From: Octopus bimaculoides
Lineage: Eukaryota
NCBI RefSeq assembly: GCF_001194135.2
Contig: NC_068983.1
Location: forward strand, 34,761,320-34,825,319
DNA length: 64,000 nucleotides
Direction of reading: 5' to 3'
Each line of letters begins with the position of its first letter. Positions within the stretch are counted from its first letter, which is position 1. Below are positions 38,632-51,379 of this stretch, in pieces. The position numbers and the translations under genes were made by a program. The notes below the pieces were generated by a model. It had not been told where the DNA came from. It ran no database searches and saw nothing but the letters and a program-made list of their open reading frames with translations.

Positions 38632-39614
38632 CTCCGAGTTATTTCCGTAGTTTAGTACCTTTTTAGCGCAAACGAAACATAGTCATGTTCAAATGCTTCC
38701 TGACCTGACCAGGTTGTCGTTCTTTTTTGTTTTTGTTTTTTTAATACACTTTATTTAGTACTGCAAAATTCAATGCAATTTTTATTTTTTATTTTATCAC
38801 GGCAAGCAATAATCTGAGGGAGATTTGTTTTCTAATTCTTGGAGGCCAATTTCTACGTAGACGCTTTTTTGTTTGCTCATCCAAAGCCTAGTTAGAAATT
38901 TCGTTAGAAAATTTTAATATTTTAGCTTCCATTTTATGACCATTTAAGCATACTTCGAAATGATTAATGAGAAAATATAATTTATTGTAATAAAAAAAAT
39001 CTCTATTGACCTACAACTCATTGAGTCATAGGAGAAAATGTCTTCCTTTTCATTCATTGTATCTATTGGATTAAGCAATAATTCATTTCAGTAGATCTGA
39101 TTTTATAAAATGTGTCAATGTAATATATTTTACTACATTGTGTAAAGTATTGAAATATACAATCATTGTTGTTTTCATGCTATTGTCTAGACACATCTCA
39201 GTTCTATCGTAACAAAGTAGATTAAAGCTTCTATAATAAATTCCAATCGTTTTCCTAAGTCTAATGGACCTAGGGCAACAATTATCTGTGGACATGATTT
39301 CAGAATGTTATGACTGTTACTTCTAGCATGTTGAGAAACCACAACCACGTGGAAGCTTTCCTCGTTACCTCATTAGTGCCAGTGTTGTGGCTATTTCAAA
39401 GTGGTCAGTTGTAGACATCCGATCTTGTAATACTTGTAGCAGAAGCATGTGTGTTGGTAGTTGTGGTTGTTCTTGTTGCTTCTAGGAGGGTGGGTTACAG
39501 TGTGAGGCAGGTTGGTTACAAATTTTTGGCCGTCTACGGGAATTACATGCGTCATTTATGAAATGTGTATGCGTGACGTGTATGCGTGTGCGTGTAAAAA
39601 CATGTGAGGGTGTC

Positions 39615-39660
<46 letters not shown>

Positions 39661-41129
39661 CGCGTGTGTATGTGTAATATGAGTGAGAGATGTTTCATGT
39701 GAGTAAAGGTCGCACGGAAGTCGTACAGAGTTTGTGTGTATTCGTAAGTATGTGTNNNNNNNNNNNNNNNNNNNNNNNNNNNNNNNNNNNNNNNNNNNNN
39801 NNNNNNNNNNNNNNNNNNNNNNNNNNNNNNNNNNNNNNNNNNNNNNNNNNNNNNNNNNNNNNNNNNNNNNNNNNNNNNNNNNNNNNNNNNNNNNNNNNNN
39901 NNNNNNNNNNNNNNNNNNNNNNNNNNNNNNNNNNNNNNNNNNNNNNNNNNNNNNNNNNNNNNNNNNNNNNNNNNNNNNNNNNNNNNNNNNNNNNNNNNNN
40001 NNNNNNNNNNNNNNNNNNNNNNNNNNNNNNNATATATATATTTGTGTGAGTGTTTGACTATGAATGTGTATTTGTCAAATGTAAAGGGATCCTTGTGAAT
40101 TTTTGTGTGTATATAATTGTGCGTCTATATGCCTGTATGTGCGTGCGTATGTTTCTGTTTGTCTGTGCGAATGTGACTGTGTCTGTGTGTGTGTGAGTGT
40201 ATGTCTTGCAACGTTTGTCTTAAATGCATGTCTATGAAATGTATGTGCATGTATTTGAAAAATCGTAAGAGAATTAAGGCTGTACAAATATGTGCGTATA
40301 TGTGCGTGTGAGAAACGCATGTGGGACGTTTAACACTGTGCGTATTGGGTGAATGTGTGTGAGTGTATAAACCGAGGGAGGGGTGGGCTAATTGAGTTTG
40401 GGTGGTAAATGAAGAAACCGTGTCTATACGGATGATTAACTGCAGTCACACACGACTAAGACTTCAACGAGAAAACTGTGGTTGTTATAAATGACAGAAA
40501 ACAAAGCGATCAAAATAAGATTTGTCAGAAGATTTCAAGTGACAAGCGATATACTTTTACCCTCCCCGCCGGAGCTATTTCGTGGGTCGTTAGACTAATA
40601 TTCCTACAACGATCAGCAAACCAATGAACAGTGTGTGTTTGAAGGAAAGTTAACTTCTGTTTCTGGTAATATGAATGGCCAAGTAACCACGCTCTGAGCG
40701 GACTGTACTGCAAAGAGTTTCATAGTGCTATGAGAGAGTAATTATTGAAAATGCCGTCCACTTTTACTCACTTTCACCCAAGCTGGTTATTTTCACTCTC
40801 ACTTTAATCACTTCTATTATTATTCCTCTCTATCTCACGCTCTCTCTCTCACACACACACACATACACTCTCTCACTCACACACACATACACTCTCTCAC
40901 TCACACACACACACACACACACACACATGTGCATATGCATCTTCTGTTGAATTTCTGCGAATATTTTATTATGGCAATTAGATTTGCCCTGTAGAAACTG
41001 CAGCTAATTAGAAAAATTAATACTGATCATTAATTAGTAATTAGTAGCGAGTTTTAATATAATTCTTCCCCACAAATACACATATGTTTTTACATAGAAA
41101 TTTATACACGCACATACGTAATTTTATGC

Positions 41130-41190
<61 letters not shown>

Positions 41191-41619
41191 TAATTGTGCG
41201 AGTGTGCGTGTGGGCATACTGCACATATTATTCAGAAAGCCTTCCATTATCCTCTGACTACCGCCGTTCTGTATCTAACAACATCAAACATGATAATACA
41301 ATCTTCATAATTGAGTAACTTACAATGCATCTAAATGGGCCTGCAGCATACATAATGTAGGAATGATACTGTATAATAGAAGCAATCAACAACAGTCGAA
41401 GAACATTATGATAACAGAATGTTTCGATCTGTACGTTTCGCTGCTTCATAAAATTCACTTAATCCATACACATTGGATTGTTACTTTTGAAAAATCTACT
41501 ACTTCAAAAATTACAATGTCCAACTTCATAGCTAAATCAGAAGCAGTATTTTGTAGTTACCTCAATCCAAATCGTTGCGATATTGCTAATTTTCAAACGG
41601 ATGATATTCTATAAAGGCA

Positions 41620-41850
41620 AATGTGGGCGGTAAATATAGACATAGGGTTACCATGTGATCTAGGAGGCAAGAGTATACGGTTGACAAGAGATGGCAGATG
41701 ACCGCACTAAATTAACCTGATATATGCAGTTAAAGAGTTTGGAAGTCCAGAATAAATTGTAGGAAGTATAGCAGATGTAAATGAAGGAGGCAGAGTATTT
41801 ATAAGCGAGAGCTGGATTTCTGTTAATGTAATCTGTCTTTGTCAGCCAGC
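41620..41850 (-). pseudogene. Possible L2/CR1-type endonuclease remnant
   Basis: Minus-strand ITLTEIQLS...AHICLYRIS resembles LALTETWL...IYRP. Weak. Confidence 0.3.
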
Positions 41851-44553
41851 TTAATTATTTTCTTTGAAATGCTGTCAAAATGCATTTTGATAAATGTAGA
41901 TCCAGAACTATGGTATCAGATATGGTATCAATGTTGCATTATTAATTTTATTTAATATTTGCAGAAAGTTCGCAAAAGTTAAGATCTGAACTGATTTTTT
42001 CTGAATCTGGTGACAGATGCTATTCTATACAGCGCATTTTTAGTTTACGTTATGTATACGGAGTCACGGGACAAAATTAGTAGAGGTTGTAAAGTCTGAC
42101 ATTTGTTTAAATTTATAGGGCTTCCATTTCTTGCTGTCGAATATTTGAGAGCATGAAACACAAGATCGTTTCCTTGGAATGAGCAGGAATTGTGTATTTG
42201 TACTATTGAAAGAAATACAATTGTCATGACCCTATTAGAAAATGTTTCTTATGTCTCTTTTCACCTAATCATTTGCAATGGATGATTGAGATTCTATACT
42301 CATGGCCCATGTATACAGCAAGTAAGAGAATTAAGGCTTGTCTAAATCACCTAAAGGTAAATATTGTCATAGCTGGTAGAAAGTAAGCTGCTAATATTCA
42401 GGGCTAGCAGAGAAGGCGAAACAGACTAATTTGGGTCCCGCTAGGGTTGATAGAGTATGTAGACATCGGCAAATTCGGATAAAAAGATTCTAACCAAAGA
42501 GATGTGAAGTTGAGGAAGCTCTTGGGTAAGCTTACATTTTGATGAATATCACCAGAGACATAGCGGTCGATCAAACCGAATAGATGTAGATGATTGAGTA
42601 AAAATATTAGAGTATATTATTGTGAGCGATATTTTTTCAATCATGTTTCCAATTTCGGAAGTAAAACCAATAATTTAGAATTAAAAATTCAGAGAGGCTA
42701 CATTGTAGAACATTCCCGAAGATAAATATTTCACTTCCTTTGAGACAGAAGTAGCAAATATCTCTTGCATATCTCTTGAATTCAAGGATTGAGAGTAATT
42801 GACGGGACATTTTGAGTACTCTCTCGATTTGAAATGTTAGAGAAATGCGGACGTGAGGTGTGAGTTTGTGTGATGTTGAACCCTGACGAGTGAAGAATAA
42901 AAGCTTTTAAGTACTGTGGAATTGGACATGAAAATGCAAAATGATTTCCCATTGGAGTTTTACTTTCAGGTCCATCTCAATTAAGAAACGGTGTGTATGA
43001 AGATTCTGCAGAGCTGGTAGAGATCTAGTTCTTAGTAGTTCTGAAGGACAAGCTGAAATTTAGGAAGCAAGGACGTATTTAGAATGTGATATATATGTCC
43101 ATTCAATGAAAAATATCTACAAAAATATTGGGATTGATTTATCAACTATACTCCAACGATCAAAAATTGAACTGATGAATTAATGAAAACAAATCGATAT
43201 TATTACAAGCAAGATTATCAGCACAGAATCAGAGATAAGATAAGCTCTCATCGATCTGAGAAAACAATGTTAACTACAACCTTATTTGATGTTCTTTCCA
43301 TTCTTTCTATTTAAGCAGACAAAGATGGGAACGTCTAGCTTTCCATTCCTTTGTTGTAAAATTCGGGGTTGTCTTCATCGTCAATAAAATCTATTAATGT
43401 AAATATGGCAGACACATGAACACTGTATTAATTTCTTACCTCTTTGTTTCTGCTTCAGCTATGGACATTTCATTTAATATAAGAAATAAAAAAAGAAAAT
43501 TGGTTTTCCAGAAATTTGTTGGTATGAAACAGTCAATAATTGACTATTAGGTATTAGGAGGACAAGTGTGATTTACTGCAGTAAATCGAAACTGAATTAT
43601 AGATACGTCTTCGATTCCAATTTTACTTTCCAGCTGCTGGAAATACCTAGGTCTAATTTGTTATTATGATTTATTTAACAGCTGTTTTCAGTAGCATTAC
43701 GAATAAAGTGATCAAAATGTCATTGGACTGGGATGTTAAATATTTCCATCTGGTGTAGATTATTACGAGAGTCTGGTATTTATTCCAAGGCAATTTCTAA
43801 TTCTTTTCTAGAAGCTGGATATAAGAATCTTGTCTCGTGGAGTATAGCCAATTAAATTTTTTGGTCGCGGCAAGCGAAGCATTTATTTACTAAAGGATGT
43901 ACAAGAATGAGACAAACAAATATAAACATCTAATTGTTTATTGACAAGGCCATAGTTTCTTACTCAAGCGATGTTGGGAATTTTATCACCTTCACAACTT
44001 GGTTAGTACTTTTATCGGTCTGCCAAAGAGGAAACAGTAAGAGGCGGCTTCGGTGGAATATATTACCAAATTATAATCAAAGTAATTAAAAATCACATCA
44101 ACACATCATTTCGTATTTTGTCAATCCTACAACCAGATTGATGATCATAAACGTATAATTCCAATAACAGACATGACATACCAGCTGCAGTAACCATTAA
44201 TGACTCTCATCTCATGACATTGAGTAGTGTTTAGGACTTGCTCCACGTATATTTATATGTCTATGTACATCCGTACATTATGCATATACATATATATGTG
44301 TATATTCCTGAAGGCACTCGCACGTGCGTGTGTGTGTGAGTTGTATGTGTGTATGAATGTTCTCTTAAGTTTTGAATTATTTGAAGTTTTCTCGCCAGGA
44401 AGGAGCTATGTGTGTATATTACTTAAAACGTTTATTCCAAGAAAAATAAAGAGACTCCGTACTGATTGGATCACAGAGCGATCACATGACAATTATGCGT
44501 TAATGTATATAGCGTATATAGGTTCCGTCAAAATGGTGAAGTATTTCAATCAC

Positions 44554-45710
44554 GTTTCGCGGTTCACTACCACAACAGCTCTTTTATAGGATCCAGTAGC
44601 TAAGCTCATCATCCAAAGGAACTACGTCCGGTTTCGGCCCCTATTTCTCTACCGTTTTCGACGTGGCGGAGCTCTCACTTTCGGAGGTGTCGTCAGCTCT
44701 GGTGTTGAGTGCGTTTTTATTTTTTATTTGGCTTTTTGTTCTTTGGTTTCTTCGATGCAGCGCCAAAGAATGCCAGCGGGCGAATGACCAGCCTGGCAAA
44801 TTGCTCTCTAAATACTTGCCGGTAAGCTCCAGCAGCCAGCAGAAGCTAACTGTCACGTGACACAATCTAAGCTTCAACTGACGAATGGAGGAAAAAGAGC
44901 ACGTAGTTGTGGCCCGCGCCCTCTCTAGACCTACCTTCCAACAGAGTCGTGTTAGTTTCAGTCCAGCAGCCAGAGCCGACTAGTTGTCTTATGGTACAAT
45001 CCTTCGAACTATCGGGCGGGGGTCACAATGAACGAGATAGTTCCCTCAGTTCCAATCAAGCAGCAATGCTGTTTAAGTGCCAGCAAGCGTCACTAGCGAT
45101 GCTATTTCCCAGTCGGCATATTACGGCTTTCGAGCCATTTCGGGTCTTCTGATTTTAGCCATATATAGAAGCTGGCTTTGTCGTCTGCCTCCTGTATCCT
45201 CATTACTTTTCCCATCTCTGAGTTCGAAAATACAAACCTTCTCCTAAATAACGTTACCATTTTCTTTTCAATGAAGGCTCTAGCCCCCATTGCCAGATGG
45301 TAATACTCGACCGCCCGCCCCTTTTCTCCACACTCTTCGATTAATCTCTCATACCTCCTCTCCTTCCGTTGCTCTGCATTAGCGATGTTTTCTTCCCATG
45401 GTACTGTCAGCTCTACCAAAATTCAAATTTTTCGTTCTGTGTTCCATAGGATGGAGTCCGGTTTTTTCGTTGTATTTATGAGTGGAAATATTAAGTCTTT
45501 CCAAAGCCGCGTCCCAGTATCCCTTCCATATTTCGTATGTCTCGTATATTTTTTTGAAAGCCTGGTTTTAATGACGCATTGTTTTCTCCTTTTAAATTAT
45601 AAATATTTCTTTTCTGATATATTTCGTTAATGGTTCTCATAGCTGCCTGACACAAAGTCATCGCAGATCGGTTAGAGATATAATCAAAAGGTTCCCCGCC
45701 AAATTTCACT
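44554..45710 (-). mobile_element. 3' part of a HERO-like RLE non-LTR retrotransposon (RLE domain + 3' UTR)
   Basis: KDLIFPLINTTKKPDSILWNTERKI*ILVELTVPWEENIANAEQRKERRYERLIEEC...GARAF...KASFYIWLK. ELTVPWEE after a PD motif is typical of HERO/related RLE domains. The terminal ~230 bp recurs at 55065-55283. Confidence 0.8.
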
Positions 45711-46054
45711 CCTATTGTTCGGTATATAATTTCTCTAGAAATATAATAAATAAACCATGTTTTTTTTTATATCTTAAAGTATAAGGTAAGATTTTACGGA
45801 AATTTGGTTACTATTTCAAGAAGATCGAGCAGTTGGGATCTCTTTTGCATGATCACTGCTTGTTACTTTTTGTTGTGGCTTTATGCAAGAAGTGGGTGAC
45901 GTTTCAAACGACTCAATACAATATCATTTTGCTTTGAGTCTAGCTCCAAACAAAAACTCTTGCGAAAGAACGAAAACATTATATGAATTTCTTTTAAAAA
46001 TGAGTTTATATATATATATGTGTGGGGGTGTTTGTATGTGTGTTTCCATGTGTG

Positions 46055-46085
<31 letters not shown>

Positions 46086-47178
46086 GTATATATATANNNN
46101 NNNNNNNNNNNNNNNNNNNNNNNNNNNNNNNNNNNNNNNNNNNNNNNNNNNNNNNNNNNNNNNNNNNNNNNNNNNNNNNNNNNNNNNNNNNNNNNNNNNN
46201 NNNNNNNNNNNNNNNNNNNNNNNNNNNNNNNNNNNNNNNNNNNNNNNNNNNNNNNNNNNNNNNNNNNNNNNNNNNNNNNNNNNNNNNNNNNNNNNNNNNN
46301 NNNNNNNNNNNNNNNNNNNNNNNNNNNNNNNNNNNNNNNNNNNNNNNNNNNNNNNNNNNNNNNNNNNNNNNNNNNNNNNNNNNNNNNNNNNNNNNNNNNN
46401 NNNNNNNNNNNNNNNNNNNNNNNNNNNNNNNNNNNNNNNNNNNNNNNNNNNNNNNNNNNNNNNNNNNNNNNNNNNNNNNNNNNNNNNNNNNNNNNNNNNN
46501 NNNNNNNNNNNNNNNNNNNNNNNNNNNNNNNNNNNNNNNNNNNNNNNNNNNNNNNNNNNNNNNNNNNNNNNNNNNNNNNNNNNNNNNNNNNNNNNNNNNN
46601 NNNNNNNNNNNNNNNNNNNNNNNNNNNNNNNNNNNNNNNNNNNNNNNNNNNNNNNNNNNNNNNNNNNNNNNNNNNNNNNNNNNNNNNNNNNNNNNNNNNN
46701 NNNNNNNNNNNNNNNNNNNNNNNNNNNNNNNNNNNNNNNNNNNNNNNNNNNNNNNNNNNNNNNNNNNNNNNNNNNNNNNNNNNNNNNNNNNNNNNNNNNN
46801 NNNNNNNNNNNNNNNNNNNNNNNNNNNNNNNNNNNNNNNNNNNNNNNNNNNNNNNNNNNNNNNNNNNNNNNNNNNNNNNNNNNNNNNNNNNNNNNNNNNN
46901 NNNNNNNNNNNNNNNNNNNNNNNNNNNNNATATATATGCATTCATGTATGTGTGTGTGAGGCTATGTGTACAAATTATACTCGCCATGAAATTAATATCT
47001 AACATCTTAATTAACAATCGTACATTAGAATATTGTAAATGCATACATACGCACGCATACACATAATTCTGTGTTTGTGTGTAAATATATATGCGCTTGT
47101 GTATATGTATACACACATACATCTAAATATGTATATAAAGTATATACACACACATCTCTGACCCTCTCCCTCTTTCTT

Positions 47179-47218
<40 letters not shown>

Positions 47219-47732
47219 GTCCTCCATTTTTTCTAGAAAATATGAAATAATCTTAAATGTAATATTGAAATAATAAGATGTCCTGGAAGCAAAATGTCAT
47301 GGTCGAAAATTGTTAACGTGGTTCATCACAAATTTCCTTTGCTACATTTCAGAATTTTTATTTATTTTTCAGGGCGTGGTTGCATATTTTCTAACAGAAA
47401 ATCCAACTTAACTGTGAACATTTAAAATACTTTCTCTACAAATCTTCCGAATGTTTTATATAGCACTACAATATTGTTTACATATTTTAATATACATGTC
47501 TCCAGTAATTAAACTTTCTTAAGTTTATAATATAACTACAACGCCATATATTTTGGTACAGGGTATCGTAAGTGATATCGGTTCTAACATAGGCCCAGAA
47601 GGATTATACAAGATTTGATTTCAGAACGATTTGTTTGGGCACTAGAGTTCTATATTTAAGAGATGAGGAATTATGTATATTATTTACATTATTTATTTTC
47701 AATGGATATTTATCCTCATCTTGTTTGTTGTT

Positions 47733-47778
47733 AACACAACGTTTCGGCTCATATACCTTCCAGCCTTCATTAGGTGTC
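47733..47778 (-). ncRNA. Minimal hammerhead ribozyme, G5>A mutant
   Basis: Minus strand: gacac-CTAATGA-a-ggctg..gagcc-GAAACGTT-gtgtt. Confidence 0.6.
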
Positions 47779-47841
47779 TTGGCGAAATTTCGAACCTGGG
47801 TTCTCATTCCAAAGGTATTTTTCAATGTTATTATTATTATG

Positions 47842-47896
<55 letters not shown>

Positions 47897-47930
47897 GCCA
47901 CAAGATTCCGAGTTCGATTGCAAGCAGTGA

Positions 47931-48044
<114 letters not shown>

Positions 48045-48118
48045 TGATGATGATGATAAGAATAATAATAATAAAAAACAACAACAATAATAAGAACCCA
48101 GGTTCGAAATTTCCCCAA

Positions 48119-48161
48119 GACACCTGATGAAGGCTGGAGGGTATATCAGCCCAAATGTGTT
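48119..48161 (+). ncRNA. Minimal hammerhead ribozyme, damaged GAAAC half
   Basis: gacac-CTGATGA-a-ggctg..cagcc-CAAAT-gtgtt. Confidence 0.55.
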
Positions 48162-48569
48162 AACAACAAACAAGATGAGGACAAATATCCCTCAAATGTA
48201 AATAATGTACATAATGATTTGTTTAGGATTTTTGATATGTAATTTTTCATTACCATGACATAAGACCGGGAATTGAGCGAGAAATATTCTCCATACCATC
48301 ATTGTGAATGGTAAACTTGACTTCGGTATCAATTAAGCTGGCGCGTAGATGTAAATGAATAAATTGAGGGCAGACTTGCTACACTGGAAGTCTTCCCGTT
48401 AAAGTTTTAATGCGAACCGCAAGGTGTTGAAAACTGACATGAAGATCGTGTCATAGCCGACATTTATTCACACGACCTGGACTTTTAGAAATAATTGCGT
48501 CATGTCACACTATGATGTCAATTCTTCATCAGTTATATTTTCTCAGTAGCACCAACTCACACACACACC

Positions 48570-48617
<48 letters not shown>

Positions 48618-49160
48618 TTCGTCGATCGTTTCAGTACGTCCACTCTAGTGTCGTTTCTTCGTCCGAAGCCCTGTCAACAAATTTTATATTTTAACAATTT
48701 CTGGATGCTGCCCTCGTATGAAATTTTCCTGTCTTGTCGATAAAAACACAAAACAGTTAGTAATAAACAGTCAACAACTGAAAAGGAGTCAGACTTCTTT
48801 TGGTATTTTGTGCCGTACTTGTCTCACAATGTGTATTAACATATTTTTCTCTTGTTGGGGATCTTTTCCTTTTGGACTGCACATTGAGAAATTAATTTTT
48901 TGTAACGAAACACTTTCAAACTTCGGACACTGGTAGAATGTGTCATATAAAACATCATTTACTCTTAGTATTGTTGAGAAAAGTTTATATTTTTAAGGTT
49001 ATTTCATGTTAAAGTTGTCGTATTCCGGTAATTTCAACCAATCAATGAAGTGTATTCAGCTTAATAAAATTACTGCCGTTGTTTGCCAAAAACAGCTATC
49101 GGCGGTGTATATTTCGTTTGTCACTGTTATTTATGACATCGTTCGTGCGTTTCCACTGGT

Positions 49161-49678
49161 TTTAGGATTAGGGTTAGGGCTTTAGAGTTAGGGTTGCTGT
49201 TGGCACTCTGTCGCTTACGACGTCGACGGCTCCAGTTGAACCGATCAACAGAACAGCCTGCTCGTGTGAAGTTAACGTGCAAGTGGCTGAGCACTCCACA
49301 GACACGTGTACCCTTAACGTAGTTCTCGGGGATATTCAGCGTGACACAGTGTGACAAGGCTAACCCTTTGAAATACAGGCACAACAGAAACAGGAAGTAA
49401 GGGTGAGAGAAAGTGGTGGTGGAAGAGTACAGCAGGGTTCCCCACCATCCCCTGCCGGAGCCTCGTGGAACTTGAGGTGTTTTCGCTCAATAAACACTCA
49501 CAACGCCCGGTCTGGGAATCGAAACCGCGATCCTATGACCGCGAGTCCGCTGCCCTAACCACTGGGCCATTGCACCTCCAACGAGTTAGGGTTAGGGTTA
49601 GGATTTTAGGGTTAGGGTTTTAGGGTTAGGGTTGGGGTTTTAGGGTTAGGGTTAGGGTTAGGATTTTGGGGTTAGAGT
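49161..49678 (+). repeat. Degenerate interstitial (TTAGGG)n tract split by a SINE
   Basis: ttagggttaggg units at 49161-49195 and 49583-49678. Confidence 0.9.
49196..49582 (-). mobile_element. tRNA(Arg)-like SINE, family D, full length, with 11-bp TSD
   Basis: Minus head ggaggtgcaatggcccagtggttagggcagcggactcgcggtc...gtttcgattccc. TSD gagttagggtt at 49185-49195 and 49583-49593. A second copy lies at ~58948-59300. Confidence 0.88.
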
Positions 49679-51379
49679 TGCGGACAAATGTGAAAAATGA
49701 AGAAATTGGAGGGGGAGGGGGAAAATGTTTTTCCGAAAATAGAAGCTGAAAAACAGGGGAAAAAATAATAAAAGCAGTAGAAATGCACGAACGATTGTGG
49801 TGGTGCCATGAAGTAAACATGCTACAGATACACTCGTTTATTCATACAAACGTAACTGAGATGAAATATGTCATAAATAACAGTGAAACCGAAATATGCA
49901 CCGCCGGAAGTTGTTGTTGACAAACAACAGCAATAATTGTTTTCACCTCAATAGACGTCATTGATTGGTTGAAATTACCGAAATACGACAACTTTAACAC
50001 GAAATAACTTCGAAACTACACAATTTTCTCAAAAACGCCAAGAGTAAACGATGTTTTATGTGACACATTCTACCAGTATACGAATTTTGAAAGTATTTAG
50101 TTACAAAAAATTATTTTTTAAATGTGCCGACCAAAGGGAAAAGTTCCCTTGTTGGTGATGTCCTGTACCTTATGTGTATTTTTCATTTTTATTTAATAAT
50201 TGAACGCCACGCAGCCTTTGGCAATACACACACACGTGTATTATAAAATCAAAAACAATGAGATGCAACTCGGAAATTTGTCAGTGAACAGTTCGCGGTC
50301 TCAAAGCTACGAAAATATTTTGGCAAATGAAATTTGAATGCTGACGTGAATCTAACGGTTTTTGCGTGTTTCTTAAATGTCTTATAAACACCTTCCACGC
50401 TGCAAATGAGTAAGTCATATCATGTATATTTATGTAAAAAGCTTGTTCTTAAAGCATTGATTAGGTGCCACTTATTCATCCAATAATAATGATTATCATT
50501 ATTATTATTATGATAATAACAATCATATTAAATGAATTAATAAATAAAATATGACTTTCAAAATAATAAAATTTGAAACTGAAAGAAGAATTCGGCACAG
50601 TTCCATCCAGTGCTTAGAATTATATCACTCACTTGGGTATTATGCGGAATGTAAATACAAAGTTTTGCAGCGATTGTATTATTCAAATTTTTATTATATC
50701 GTTGTTTTTATATTATTTTCTAATATAAGACGGTGAATACCATCCAAATCAATAACCTCCACATGGTACGCGTTCTAATGGGAAGTACAGAATATTTGAT
50801 ATTGTGAACTTTTGGTGAACTTTGAATCATTGTGCTAACCTCTCCAACTGACGTTAGACGAAAATCAGAGAAATTATTAAATATGTCGCTGTTTCCGTTA
50901 CTAGTATATCTACTGCTATTGTTCTCGCGATACTTTTTCGTCTTTCTCTTCATAGATTTATCACAGCATGTAATAGAAACACTTGGCAATTATACGCACA
51001 TTATCTCTTCCAACTACACCAGTCATTTTCTACACATATGTTTCTTAGCCGGAAGGATGAGTTAGTGTCACTAACGAAATCGTTCTGTTATTAAATATTT
51101 TAGATCACTTGCTACCATTTGGTGTTTATCTCCTCTGTTGTTGGTCAGTTCGTATGTCTGCATGTTGTTTATTACTCGGTCTTGAATTAAGAGGAGTGGT
51201 TTATCATCAGTGACGAAACAACCACACTAATTACCTTCTAAGTTCTGAGTTCCAATCTCAGCATAGTCTCAGTTTTCTTTCGCTCGTATGATGATTTCTT
51301 CTTTAGCTGCAAATCGTCTCAGAATCGGATCTATTTTAAAACGGGGGTGCCAGTTTTCACTTATGTTTTATGTAGTGTT

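Larger units (their letters stand above)
48851..50152. mobile_element. Fold-back element with ~285-bp inverted arms and internal (TTAGGG)n
   Basis: 48851-49139 is the diverged reverse complement of 49868-50152. An inner inverted pair is atcgttcgtgcgtttccactggtttta (~49138-49164) / taaaagcagtagaaatgcacgaacgat (~49770-49796). Confidence 0.75.

Noticed and set aside
41965-43010. Further AG...GT micro-exon candidates (41965-42009, ~42971-42991)
   Set aside because: Weak donors and no recognisable peptide; expected by chance in AT-rich DNA.
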